Shown: in pieces, positions 1 through 9,301 of the stretch
Layout of the letters: the number at the start of each line of letters is the position of its first letter
How positions within the stretch are numbered: the stretch's first letter is position 1
Assembly (NCBI GenBank): GCA_030141605.1
Contig: JAQGDQ010002034.1
Coordinates: 1-17,311 of the forward strand
Origin: Tubiluchus corallicola
Lineage: Eukaryota; Animalia; Priapulida
Direction: 5' to 3'
DNA: 17,311 nt
Made by a program: the position numbers and the translations under genes
Notes under the pieces: model-generated
What the model was told of the DNA's origin: nothing
The model's database searches: none
What the model saw: only the letters and a program-made list of their open reading frames with translations

Positions 1-690
1 ATCACACCTGTCACAGTAGGGTATAACATATCACACCTGTCACAGTAGGGTATCACATATCACACCTGTCACAGTTTGATGTCACATATCACACCTGCCA
101 CAGTAGGAGTAGGGTATCATATATCACACCTGTCACAGTAAGGTATCACATATCACATCTGTCACAGTAGGGTATCACATATCACACCAGTCACAGTAGG
201 GTATCACGTATCACACCTGTCACAGTAGGGTATCACATATAACACCAATCACAGTAGGGGATTACATATCACACCTGTCACAGTAGGGTATCACATATCA
301 CATCTGTCACAGTAGGGTATCACATATCACACCAGTCACAGTAGGGTATCACGTATCACACCTGTCACAGTAGGGTATCACACCTGTCACAGTAGGGTAT
401 AACATATCACACCTGTCACAGTAGGGTATCACATATCACACTTGTCATAGTAGGGTATAACATATCACACCTATCACAGTAGGGTATCACATATAACACT
501 AATCACAGTAGGGTATTACATATCACACCTGTCACAGTAGGGTATCACATATCACACCTGTCGCATTAGGGTATCACACATCACACTTGTCACAGTAGGA
601 TATCACACCTGGCACAGTAGGGTATCACATATCACACCTGTCACAGTAGGGTATCACATATCACACCTGTCACAGTAGGGTGTCACACAT
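1..690. repeat. 29-bp minisatellite (ATCACACCTGTCACAGTAGGGTATCACAT)n, runs off the window start
   Basis: Head-to-tail 29-bp units with point variants and a few shortened units, and no unique spacers. Confidence 0.97.
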
Positions 691-1311
691 CATACCCCTC
701 ACTTAACGTCATAAATTACAAAAGAGAAGTGGTATAACAGCACATCTTTCGATCAGTAATTTAATTAAAGTGCAAGATTAACGTCAAATGGTCATGCTGT
801 GAATAAATTAAAACAAAATCTGAGTCCAACGATTGTGTAAGAATTCATCAGTTTAGATCCTAAAATGTCTGTAAACGATTAACAGGGGATCTGAATCCGA
901 GTTAATTAAGGTATAGTCTAAATGTGTGTCAGTCAATTAAGATAAAATCTAGTTAAAATGTTTTGAGGCATTGACTTAAAGTTCATTGGGGCAGTTCTAG
1001 ATGAACTGTTTTACAAGTGCCAGCACAGAAAATACACAGTTCCTATGAAATTTAATGTTACGTTATATAATCTAACTGAATAACATTGCATACCTTGAGG
1101 AGAAGACGGGAATGTGTTGGTGAAATAGCTGAGGTTAAACAAAAGCGTTTTATTGAGGCCGCTGTTTTGTATGTAAAACAGAGCATTTTCAAAACAATCG
1201 TGCTTTCAACAAGCAATCTCCGTAAATTTCTAGAAATGTATCGAGTCGTTGTATGCTCTATCATTTTTTTCGTTACTTCGTTATTATATATTAATTATTT
1301 TTCTGTTGTAG

Positions 1312-1412
1312 TTGACAGGAAAGAGGTTTTATCATTACTGAAAACCGTGTTCAATACTCTAACTGTAGCAATGAGGTTTGAACCTGCGAATGCAAAGTTC
1401 TTTGCGACTGAG
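1312..1412 (+). CDS. WDFY3: WDFY3/ALFY internal coding exon A
   Basis: Acceptor ttgtag| and donor GAG|gtaagc. Encodes (V)DRKEVLSLLKTVFNTLTVAMRFEPANAKFFATE, matching recalled human WDFY3 LLHTVFCTLTAAMRYEPANSHFFKTE. Phase 1 in, phase 0 out. Confidence 0.93.
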
Positions 1413-1612
1413 GTAAGCCATCTTTTGTAGATGCTCGAGGGGTGCCTAACTATAGCAAGCAAGTTGTATTCTAGGGGACAGATTCGTTTGGATGGAACTC
1501 GTCACCCTGCTCAATTTAAAAATTATTTTATCAGGAATTATAACAAATTTCCGCACCTGCTGCTGGTGAATTGATAGAACTGCCTTTCTGGCATTTCAGA
1601 CCTTTCAGACTA

Positions 1613-1865
1613 GACGGTTTAGTCTAGTGGTAATGCGTTTGCTTTCCGTCTGGGAGGTCGTGAGTTCGAACCAGCGGCCGGGTCGTACCAGAGACTTTAA
1701 AAATGGTACCTGCTGTTGCCCTGCCTGACGCGTGGTATTTAGGGTAAAAGTGGGGTAATAATAGTCTCTGTTATGTAGTTGTAGGTTGTTATTTACAGTC
1801 GGCGATAATAGCTCTTTCAGCTAATTTTAATTGTTGACCCAAAAGCCGAGTTTAAATAAAGATTA

Positions 1866-1961
<96 letters not shown>

Positions 1962-1967
1962 ATTATT
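1613..1967 (+). mobile_element. tRNA-derived SINE with MetaSINE-like central domain and (ATT)n tail
   Basis: A box TAGTCTAGTGG (1620-1630) and B box GAGTTCGAACC (1662-1672). Then CCGGGTCGTACCAGAGACTTTAAAAATGGTACCTGCTG, which resembles the Meta domain as I recall it. AATAAA followed by (ATT)n at 1862-1967. 5' boundary uncertain by about 5 nt. Confidence 0.8.
1862..1967. repeat. (ATT)n microsatellite, SINE tail
   Basis: About 35 near-perfect ATT units directly after AAATAAAG. Confidence 0.97.
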
Positions 1968-2440
1968 CTCTAGTGTGGTGCTTTGTACCTCTGAGCTCTC
2001 ACTTGCAAATGCTATACAGATTTAGTTCAATTCCAGCAATGTTAAAAATTTCAATAGCACATTTATGCTTAGTTTGATATAGGATTTTCTATTTTAAATT
2101 GACCTGTATGAAATGTTGTCGATTCACATTTAACCCATCATTTTCATGCAAAATACTCGTAAGACTTATCTGAAATGTTAATGTTAACCACTTCACTACC
2201 GTGCAATTTATATTCCAGCTGGCGCACAAGAACATTTTAGTAAAATCAAAAGTTGCTACCGCTATAGGCACAACCATGTCTATTGTTATTCAATACAGTT
2301 ATTCATACAGGCCAGTCAGAATAGAATTTTCCCGACGGGAGATTCTCGTCATACAGGCAGTGAAGTGGTTGGTTTTGTCTCAAGTAACTCTACGGATGTA
2401 ATTAATGTGTGAAAATTAGTTAACTATTATTTAGTTAACT

Positions 2441-2560
2441 GTCTACGGCCATATCACATTGAAAACGCCGGTTCTCGTCTGATCACCGAAGTTAAGCAAC
2501 GCAGAGCTTGGTTAGTACTTGGATGGGTGACCGCCTAGGAATACCAGGTGCTGTAGGCTT
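2441..2560 (+). pseudogene. 5S rRNA-derived head of SINE copy 1
   Basis: GTCTACGGCCAT...GTTAGTACTTGGATGGGTGACCGCC...GTGCTGTAGGCTT is a full-length 5S-like sequence with A and C boxes. It is followed by GCGGG instead of TTTT. Confidence 0.9.
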
Positions 2561-2985
2561 GCGGGATGCCCACACTGTATCTCGACGCTAAGCAGGGGAG
2601 CTGCACAAGCAGCCAACGGCTAGAGGGCTGAGGAGGTCAAGTGACCCAACGGCCATGTGTAGAGGAGTAAACCTGCCAAATCTGGAGTGGAGCCCCAAAG
2701 GCGGACCAGTGCAGCATGCTCACTGACTCCGCCACCTAATGCAGTCGACCTGGTGCCAAACGTATCGCTCCGCTTTCCTTTGGACTACACCAGGGAGGAA
2801 GAGAAGGGGTTCCTGTTGTGTGGGCAACTCAGGATCTCCATACACCTTGCCCAGGCATGCGCCCTGGAGAGGCCACTCCAGTGGTTCGAGGATCGGATTG
2901 CTCAGCCACAGTCGACCCATCAATGTGATCAATAACTGACTCTCTTGGTGCACTCTCCATTGTCTTGCAAGACAGAAGGATGCCA
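2441..2985 (+). mobile_element. 5S rRNA-derived SINE (SINE3) with RTE-LINE-derived body and tail, copy 1 (full length)
   Basis: Complete 120-nt 5S head at 2441-2560 with no oligo-T terminator. The 425-nt body is shared with copies at 6138-6399 and 14261-14674. The 3' part encodes SRIGLLSHSR and ends CCATTGTCTTGCAAGACAGAAGGATGCCA, typical of RTE-clade 3' ends. Confidence 0.88.
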
Positions 2986-3035
2986 CCGCTTTTTTAGCCT
3001 TGCAAATGTTCTTAATTTTAATTGCATGTTTTCAG

Positions 3036-3178
3036 ATCTGTTACACAAGACTGACAGAGGCTGTGCGATTATTGGGATGCTTTTCTAGCCAGAAGAGTGT
3101 GGATGATGTTGTCTATGCTGAACAAGAGATTAACACTTCCATATGTGACGGCATCTTCTGTGGTGCACGGAACGCCAT
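3036..3178 (+). CDS. WDFY3: WDFY3/ALFY internal coding exon B
   Basis: ttttcag|ATC ... GCC AT|gtatgt. Encodes ICYTRLTEAVRLLGCFSSQK..., similar to human IQYEKLADAVRFLGCFS. Phase 0 in, phase 2 out. Confidence 0.9.
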
Positions 3179-4803
3179 GTATGTACTGTAACTTAACCCT
3201 TTCACTAAGTAGTTGCTTTTTAACTGGGTCGTATTGCACCTTGCACACTGACTTTTTGTGGTGTGTTACCAAAACAGAATCTTTTAAATAAACAAATATT
3301 CGTCTGTTATTAAACATTAGTATGGAATATTAGTTTTATTTGTACACGTGCACACACAAACATGCACACATCCGTGCACTCACGAGTGTGCTACCCTTCA
3401 CAAATAAGCACGTACTTATATTTAGAAACCAATTTTCACAGAAGTCGTAATACTAGTCCATGTTATGTGATCATTTTGTAAGAAATGCAGAACAAGCGAC
3501 TAAACATGCGTCTCACCAACCGACGTTTCTGTGCCGTAAATTTTGGTCGCAGGTCGGCGGTACTGATGTACGGTTTGCTGTTAACTGAAAATTGGGTCAT
3601 TGTTAACGAAAGCTTCTGCAAAGCTGACGAGGTGGTTTTTGTTTTGCGAGGCAGCAGGGTATCACAGCTATTCACACAATAAACACAAAATTTTTGCTGC
3701 CCAGACGACCCCCCGTAAGTGCACTTTTTTACCGCCAACATGTCATACATGTCTTACATGTGATACAAAACTAATCTTGAATTAGTGGGCATCGAACCTT
3801 CAATTCTTTCTCATTAAAACATTTGAAACATCATGCAGTCAGCACAGTTTAGCTGAATCAGTAAATCATTATAGCCTAGTGGTAAATAGTGGTGCCATAT
3901 TCTATATGCATCATCATCATCATCTCAGAACTAAATTCAGTTTTTTGTGCACATCATTGTTTTACTACAGATTCAAAATTTGCTACAATTCAGATTTGAA
4001 AGCCAAACATATTTCTCGTGTTGGCTTTTGTTATGAAAATTCAACATGATAAAACTTAAACTTGAACCCAATGGTGGATGATCTAAGGCCTGCGCTAAAA
4101 CTTTTGTGTTTCATTGCAGTTTTTTCAACTATTTTAAAATCATTAGTACAACTTGAATGTTGTATATATCGTTCGCTTTACAAATTTAATGCATTATCTA
4201 ATGAAGTTAAGTACATTATTAACGAGTAATTTCTGGAATGAAGGCTGTACCTACATGACTGATTGTTTGTTTGTATAATCTATGACTGGAGATGATTGCC
4301 GGCCCAAGTCGAAACATTTGGAGACATGTTGTTTTTTTTTATTTTGTAACTTAAAGTTCTGAATAAAAGTTGTTTTCTTCTTATAATGCTGTGAGTGCGC
4401 ATACAAACTGACTTAAGATTTGCATTTTCAGAAACTTGTCATTTGTTATTTTTCTTATGTGTTGCTCTTGTAAGTTTTCGGGTTTTCTCATCAGCTTTTT
4501 TCTATTTAATTTAAACATAATTTATTACAGGATCGCATCAGACAGTTTAAAAACATGATTTGTTAAGTTGGGTCTGAACAGTTGACTGGGTTGCCAGTGG
4601 GTCAGGTTTGTGAGTTTCAGAGAGACAGACATTTCTTGAGTAAATTGTTGTGCGAATATTAAAAACATGTTACTGACGATAACCGCGATAAGCACAATGA
4701 TGATGGCGACATTGGCGACTGTGACGGCGACGATGATGATGCTAGCGGCAGTGTGGTCGTTATAGGTGGCAGTGAAATAATGTGGTGTTACGTTGTTTTC
4801 TAG

Positions 4804-4890
4804 TGACGTGAGTGAAGTCAGCTCGGTAATGGCTATGGCCTGTCTCATGGTACGTTACCTGTATGACATGGCACTTGACAGCTTCGACAG
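4804..4890 (+). CDS. WDFY3: WDFY3/ALFY internal coding exon C
   Basis: ttttctag|T ... GAC AG|gtgaga. Encodes DVSEVSSVMAMACLMVRYLYDMALDSFD(R), similar to human LFIYLYKVATDSFD. Phase 2/2. Not in the ORF track. Confidence 0.88.
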
Positions 4891-5187
4891 GTGAGAGATT
4901 TTGCAGTTTCGGTAACTAGCTAAAATATCTAAGATTTTGCCATGTAAGCAACTTTTTGCAATGTACTTATTTTGTTTGTTTAAATTATGTACAAATTCAT
5001 ATCGTTTCTTGTTATCTGTATAACAAATTTTTTTGAAATTTTTTACCATTTATCGTATATTTTTTGCTTTTGTTAATAATGAATAGATTATAAAAACTGT
5101 CACTTCTGAGAATTAATCGTGTGCTCATATTCATTTAGTTAATGAGTCACAATTTATCATGCGCTTTCACAATTTGGAGTGCATTAA

Positions 5188-5844
5188 AGCGCAAGAAAAC
5201 TCTTCATAAACATCAAGCTTGAAAAATTCGTTTTGAAATTTTATATCACTTACATACTGCCTTTTTGCGTACAGGACTTCAATCGGCAGTCACGCTGTAT
5301 AAAACATGTAAATTTAAACTCCCGCGATGACCGTTAGATGCAGCCATTTTCACGACAGGTCATTTGAAACAAGTTTAGATATCATTTTGTAAAGTTTGAA
5401 AAAATAGCCAGAGCATGCGTAGCGCTCACGTCACTAACTGAATAAAATTTAAAATTACTGTATCTTGTCAATAAGATTAAAAATATGTTTTTTGGTCAGT
5501 GAGTGGTGCACCCTGGAGGGTGAGTCAGCGACATTTTACCAATTGGTGAAAACATTTTAAATAATTAATAATTTTCTTTTCTAGTTACATAAGTCTTTCT
5601 AGCAGGTAGCAGGAAAGTGTTTTGAGATATAATTTAACATTGCCTTTTCGTCCCTTGATTTACGTTTGGTACATGACGTCATGTAATGGCGACTTCGGAA
5701 CAGTATTGCGGGAGATTTAAAATGAAAACAAACTAAAATTCCTTTCAGTGCGAGTACGATATACGCATAAAATTGCTATAAAGTAATATAATTTTTTAAG
5801 GCGATTTTTCTGAAACCTACTTCAGGTACCCCTTTTCTTGTCCT
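5188..5844. mobile_element. Non-autonomous Kolobok-type DNA transposon, copy 1
   Basis: TTAA flanks at 5184-5187 and 5845-5848. Imperfect TIRs AGCGCAAGAAAA / TTTTCTTGTCCT with purine (AG) termini point to Kolobok rather than piggyBac. Homologous copy at 15662-16238. Confidence 0.78.
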
Positions 5845-6137
5845 TTAAATAAGGTTGCTTTTGAAACACTTGGGAAATAGCAAAGGCGCTCCATTCTAAA
5901 TTATAGAAATTACTAAATGTGTGAAATGTAAAATAGCCACTTTGTCACAAATTTTGTAAACAAATCTATTGAACTTATCCACTATTGTAAAACCAGAGGC
6001 TATTATTTTTGTCAAAAACTTCTCACTTTTGTGAATGAAAACGTGCAAGCTCAGTGTAATACCTAACGATAAAGCAGATCGGTTGAATTAAAAATAGTTG
6101 TACAAATAATGCATACCATATCAGCCAATATAACATA

Positions 6138-6256
6138 GTCTACGGCCATATCATCTTGAAAACACCGGTTCTTGTCTGATCATTTAAGTTAAACAACGTA
6201 GAGGCTGGTTAGTACTTGGATGGGTGACCGCCTAGCAATACCAATGCTGTAGGCTT
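6138..6256 (+). pseudogene. 5S rRNA-derived head of SINE copy 2
   Basis: GTCTACGGCCATATC...GTTAGTACTTGGATGGGTGACCGCC...TGCTGTAGGCTT, more decayed than copy 1. Confidence 0.88.
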
Positions 6257-6399
6257 ACGTTCGCCCTGAAGAGGCCACTTCAGTAGTTCAAGGATCGGAT
6301 TGCTCAGCCACAGTCGACGCTGCAGCTCCATCAATGTGATCAATAACTGACTCTCTTGGCGCACAATCCATTGTCTTTCGAGACAGAAGGATGCCAACA
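6138..6399 (+). mobile_element. 5S/RTE SINE copy 2, internally deleted
   Basis: 5S head at 6138-6256 joined to the last ~140 nt of the copy 1 body, ending GGATGCCAACA. Probable TSD ATAACATA (6130-6137) / ATAACACA (6400-6407). Confidence 0.86.
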
Positions 6400-6978
6400 A
6401 TAACACAGTGATTATAATCTACAATATTGATACAAAAAGTCTATTTTTAGGATGCGAAAACTTTTGCATATTAAATGTATTTATGTTAATACTGCACGTT
6501 TTATCACATTAACATCACACAACGTTGAGGAACTAAATAAAATGTTTATTTTTATAAATACATCACCAGTGTCGAAAACGCTTAATTTTATTACGACGAA
6601 TAGTTGATATTTAATCTTCTAAAACGTTTTTTCTAATTTTAACAATTTAATTGTATGTTTTTAACTTTATGTAAAATGTTTGAATTTTTCTAAAAATAAG
6701 CAGAAGAGCAAAACTTGGGCAACTGAATGCCCCGAATTCAATTACTTTCACATTTTCGCTGCGATCAAATACTGAATTGAGTTTAATTTGTAGAAATTTT
6801 CTAAATGTTTGTACTTTTACTTTTAAATCGAAAACAAGAACAAGTTTATTAAAATATGCACATAATTATTGATGAATATTATATTTTTACTATGATGAAA
6901 TTTACAATGACAATAAAACAAGAGTAATTAGTACGTGTTTAGTGATAAAGTTTTATTGGTCTATTATAAGAGAGCTAC

Positions 6979-7247
6979 GTCTTAGTTCTACGTTTTAGTA
7001 AAGAGAAAGGAAATTAGAATATGATTAAACGTTTTAGTTCTACGTTTTAGTAAAGAGAAAGGAAATTAGAATATGATTAAACGTTTTAGTTCTACGTTTT
7101 AGTAAAGAGAAAGGAAATTAGAATATGATTAAACGTTTTAGTAAAGAGAAAGGAAATTAGAATATGATTAAACGTTTTAGTAAAGAGAAAGGAAATTAGA
7201 ATATGATTAAACGTTTTAGTTCTACGTTTTAGTAAAGAGAAAGGAAA
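6979..7247. repeat. 52/39-bp minisatellite
   Basis: Three 52-bp units (6979, 7031, 7083), two 39-bp units lacking 13 bp (7135, 7174) and one partial unit (7213). Confidence 0.96.
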
Positions 7248-7400
7248 GTGATTAAATTACGACGTGATTACATTAAATGTGTACGTTAAGTCTAGTATAA
7301 CTGGCAACGATTAACTCAAGATATGCCATACTGACATAGTTCTCAACCAGATTCCTGCAACTTTTATACTACTGTCTCTTGTGTTATCACATGGTGACAC

Positions 7401-7692
7401 CAGGGCCTATTTCAGGGGGGTGGGAGTGGGGATACTTCCCCGGGGCCTCACCCTCCAGGGTGCCTCGCTCCGAGGTAACTTTTTTGTTGTTTTTGATTTG
7501 ACTATTTGACAAGTATTAAGGACTGGTCTTGAGAATAAAGCAGTTTTTCTTTCAAATGTTCTCTCCTTTAACAACTGTATACCGGCATTCTAGCAGTTCA
7601 AAAATTTTCTGGGTGCCAACCCCCCTCCCCCCCCCGAGGGGGCCTCGCACGCCCCACCTCCCCGGGCCTCGCTTAGGCTGAAATAGGCCCTG
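7401..7692. mobile_element. hAT-type MITE (292 bp)
   Basis: Perfect 15-bp TIRs CAGGGCCTATTTCAG (7401-7415) / CTGAAATAGGCCCTG (7678-7692). 8-bp flanks GGTGACAC / GGTGAAAT match 6/8. Subterminal GCCTC(G/A)C motif occurs four times. Confidence 0.88.
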
Positions 7693-7946
7693 GGTGAAAT
7701 GCTGATGAGAGAGTATTGCACCACGATGAGTCGATGCTACAATGCCTGTGCTGCATTCCGGTGTCTGGTGTAAATTATTATGCAAAAAGCATTGAATATA
7801 ATTATGATTAAAGACCATTCTTTACGTAAGTGGAGAGTTTTGCAATTTTACTGTTTTTGCAAAATTTGTGGCTCAGTTGTTTTTACGGTTGTGTGACATT
7901 TTTTTCACTAAACAGTAACCTCATATTTAACAAAAATGCACAGGAG

Positions 7947-8140
7947 TTTTTACAAAACTAGTGACATTTTTACAAAACTAGTGACATTTTTACAAAACTA
8001 GTGACATTTTTACAAAGCTAGTGACATTTTTACTAAGCTAGTGACATTTTTACAAAAGTGGGAAATTCTTCGAGAAATATAATAGCCTCTAGTTTTACAA
8101 CGTGCAAGATTTTTTACAAAATTGGTGACATTTTTACTAA
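7947..8140. repeat. 20-bp minisatellite (TTTTTACAAAACTAGTGACA)n
   Basis: About 5.5 clean units at 7947-8056, then degenerate copies to about 8140. Confidence 0.9.
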
Positions 8141-8249
8141 AGTTGTCATTTTTTCAAAAGCAGTGTATTTTTAGAAACTTGGTCATTTTCAAAATTTGTG
8201 TTGCACAAAAAAACAAAAGGTAATGTATCTTCTTTGCTCACTTTTTCAG

Positions 8250-8481
8250 GACGTCATACGGGTCAGCTAGATCATCCCCTAGTCCTAAAAAGCGACCTCT
8301 ATCTGAAATTAAGATAGTTACTCCGGAAGACTATACTTCTGAATCTCCAAACAAAAGAGCCAGTACTGGTACCATAGTGTTGCCTCTGCTACCTACACCA
8401 CCTGACCCGATAGTGGTGCACCCTGGTGTGTTAGTCTCAATATTACACCTGATGAATGCCGTGCCTAGGGAAAATGATCAG
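8250..8481 (+). CDS. WDFY3: WDFY3/ALFY internal coding exon D
   Basis: tttttcag|G ... CAG|gtactc. Encodes TSYGSARSSPSPKKRP...PDPIVVHPGVLVSILHLMNAVPRENDQ, similar to human DAVIIHPGAMLAMLDLL. Phase 2 in, phase 0 out. Not in the ORF track. Confidence 0.9.
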
Positions 8482-8778
8482 GTACTCTTCAAAATCGTGA
8501 AACTAAATCACTGTGATTGAATTTTTATAGTATTATAAATTAGGCTATTTAGAATAATGTATACGCCACTTTCATAGTGTTACATTTTTCGAGAAAATGA
8601 TATTATAATTATGAAATTACTTAAATATAAAAATGACTATGTGTTTGACTGCTGCATAATGTAGAAATGAGAGCGTTGAACATCAGTGATTGTTAGTTCA
8701 TAACAACGGCAGGACTTTTGATGTGCACTCTTAATCCCTCTTAAACTCTTATTTAACTACCCACAAAATTGTTGCCAG

Positions 8779-9153
8779 TATCGTGTTTTGAATATTGTAT
8801 ATTATATGTATGAGTGTGGTTTACCATTGTTTGTGGAGATCTGGAATATTCTATAGTATAGTAGAACAATCTTCTTACCTTGTAGAAGTTTCTAGAACTT
8901 TCTATTTCTAGATTATTCCCTGGCACTGATATATAAGGCAGAGATGGCCGCTGAAATTTATTCTCTCACATATTCTCGTATTCTCAGATTCTCAGATACG
9001 TTTTCACGTTTCCAGATTATCACATTTACTGTAAACATTTCACGTTCCTTCATACTTTTGTGTTGTAGAATTCTCGCATAATAAACTAGTTTAATTTGAC
9101 CACTTGTTTTCTGGTTTTCTCTACGAGCCTTTCGGGAGAAACAAAACACAACA
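8779..9153 (+). mobile_element. Probable solo LTR
   Basis: Termini TATCGTGTTTTG / CAAAACACAACA are 10/12 inverted, consistent with a decayed TG...CA. TATATAA at 8930-8936 and AATAAA at 9080-9085 are in LTR order. No convincing TSD. Confidence 0.6.
8884..8936 (+). promoter_or_regulatory. Heat-shock element (4 alternating nGAAn units) plus TATA box
   Basis: AGAAG-TTTCT-AGAAC-TTTCT at 8884-8903 and TATATAA 26 nt downstream. An extra GGAAT-ATTCT lies at 8843-8852. Motif evidence only. Confidence 0.55.
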
Positions 9154-9301
9154 ACCCTGCATGACCATGTACTTATAAATGGTACTGGAGCGTTAGGAGG
9201 GAGCTCTGGAACTTTCTCTTTGAACCAGTGTTGAGATGTTCATGCGATGGTCAGAAACTTCGCACACTAACAAATCGTATATATTAATTTCGCTGGTATA
9301 T

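Noticed and set aside
1-690. CRISPR-like array (29-bp repeats)
   Set aside because: Units are head-to-tail with no unique spacers, there are no cas genes, and the context is a eukaryotic intron. The same applies to the 52-, 76- and 44-bp arrays.
765-780. TTAA|AGTGCAAGA resembling the Kolobok left end
   Set aside because: No matching right end or internal homology nearby.
1613-1685. Functional tRNA gene
   Set aside because: A and B boxes are present but there is no clean acceptor stem or terminator, and it continues into a SINE body.
2441-2560. Functional 5S rRNA gene (also 6138-6256)
   Set aside because: No oligo-T terminator, fused to a dispersed repeat body, not tandemly arrayed, and the two copies differ at many sites.
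2561-2640. HDV-like ribozyme in the putative RTE 5'UTR segment
   Set aside because: A GCTGC-ACAA-GCAGC hairpin followed by CAA is present, but I could not fit P1/P2/P3 and L3 by eye. A descriptor search on the family consensus would decide.
2687-2986. Overlapping paralogous small ORFs (also 6209-6406 and 14259-14567)
   Set aside because: They lie within SINE copies, their frames are broken by indels between copies, and several use non-ATG starts. Only the SRIGLLSH relic is informative.
4525-4848. 107-aa hydrophobic minus-strand ORF
   Set aside because: It arises from a degenerate GAT/GAC/GGC trinucleotide tract (about 4695-4770) and the antisense of exon C. A similar GCA-rich tract lies at about 12935-13070.
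7702-7740. Hammerhead core CTGATGAG
   Set aside because: No stem II followed by GAAA downstream.
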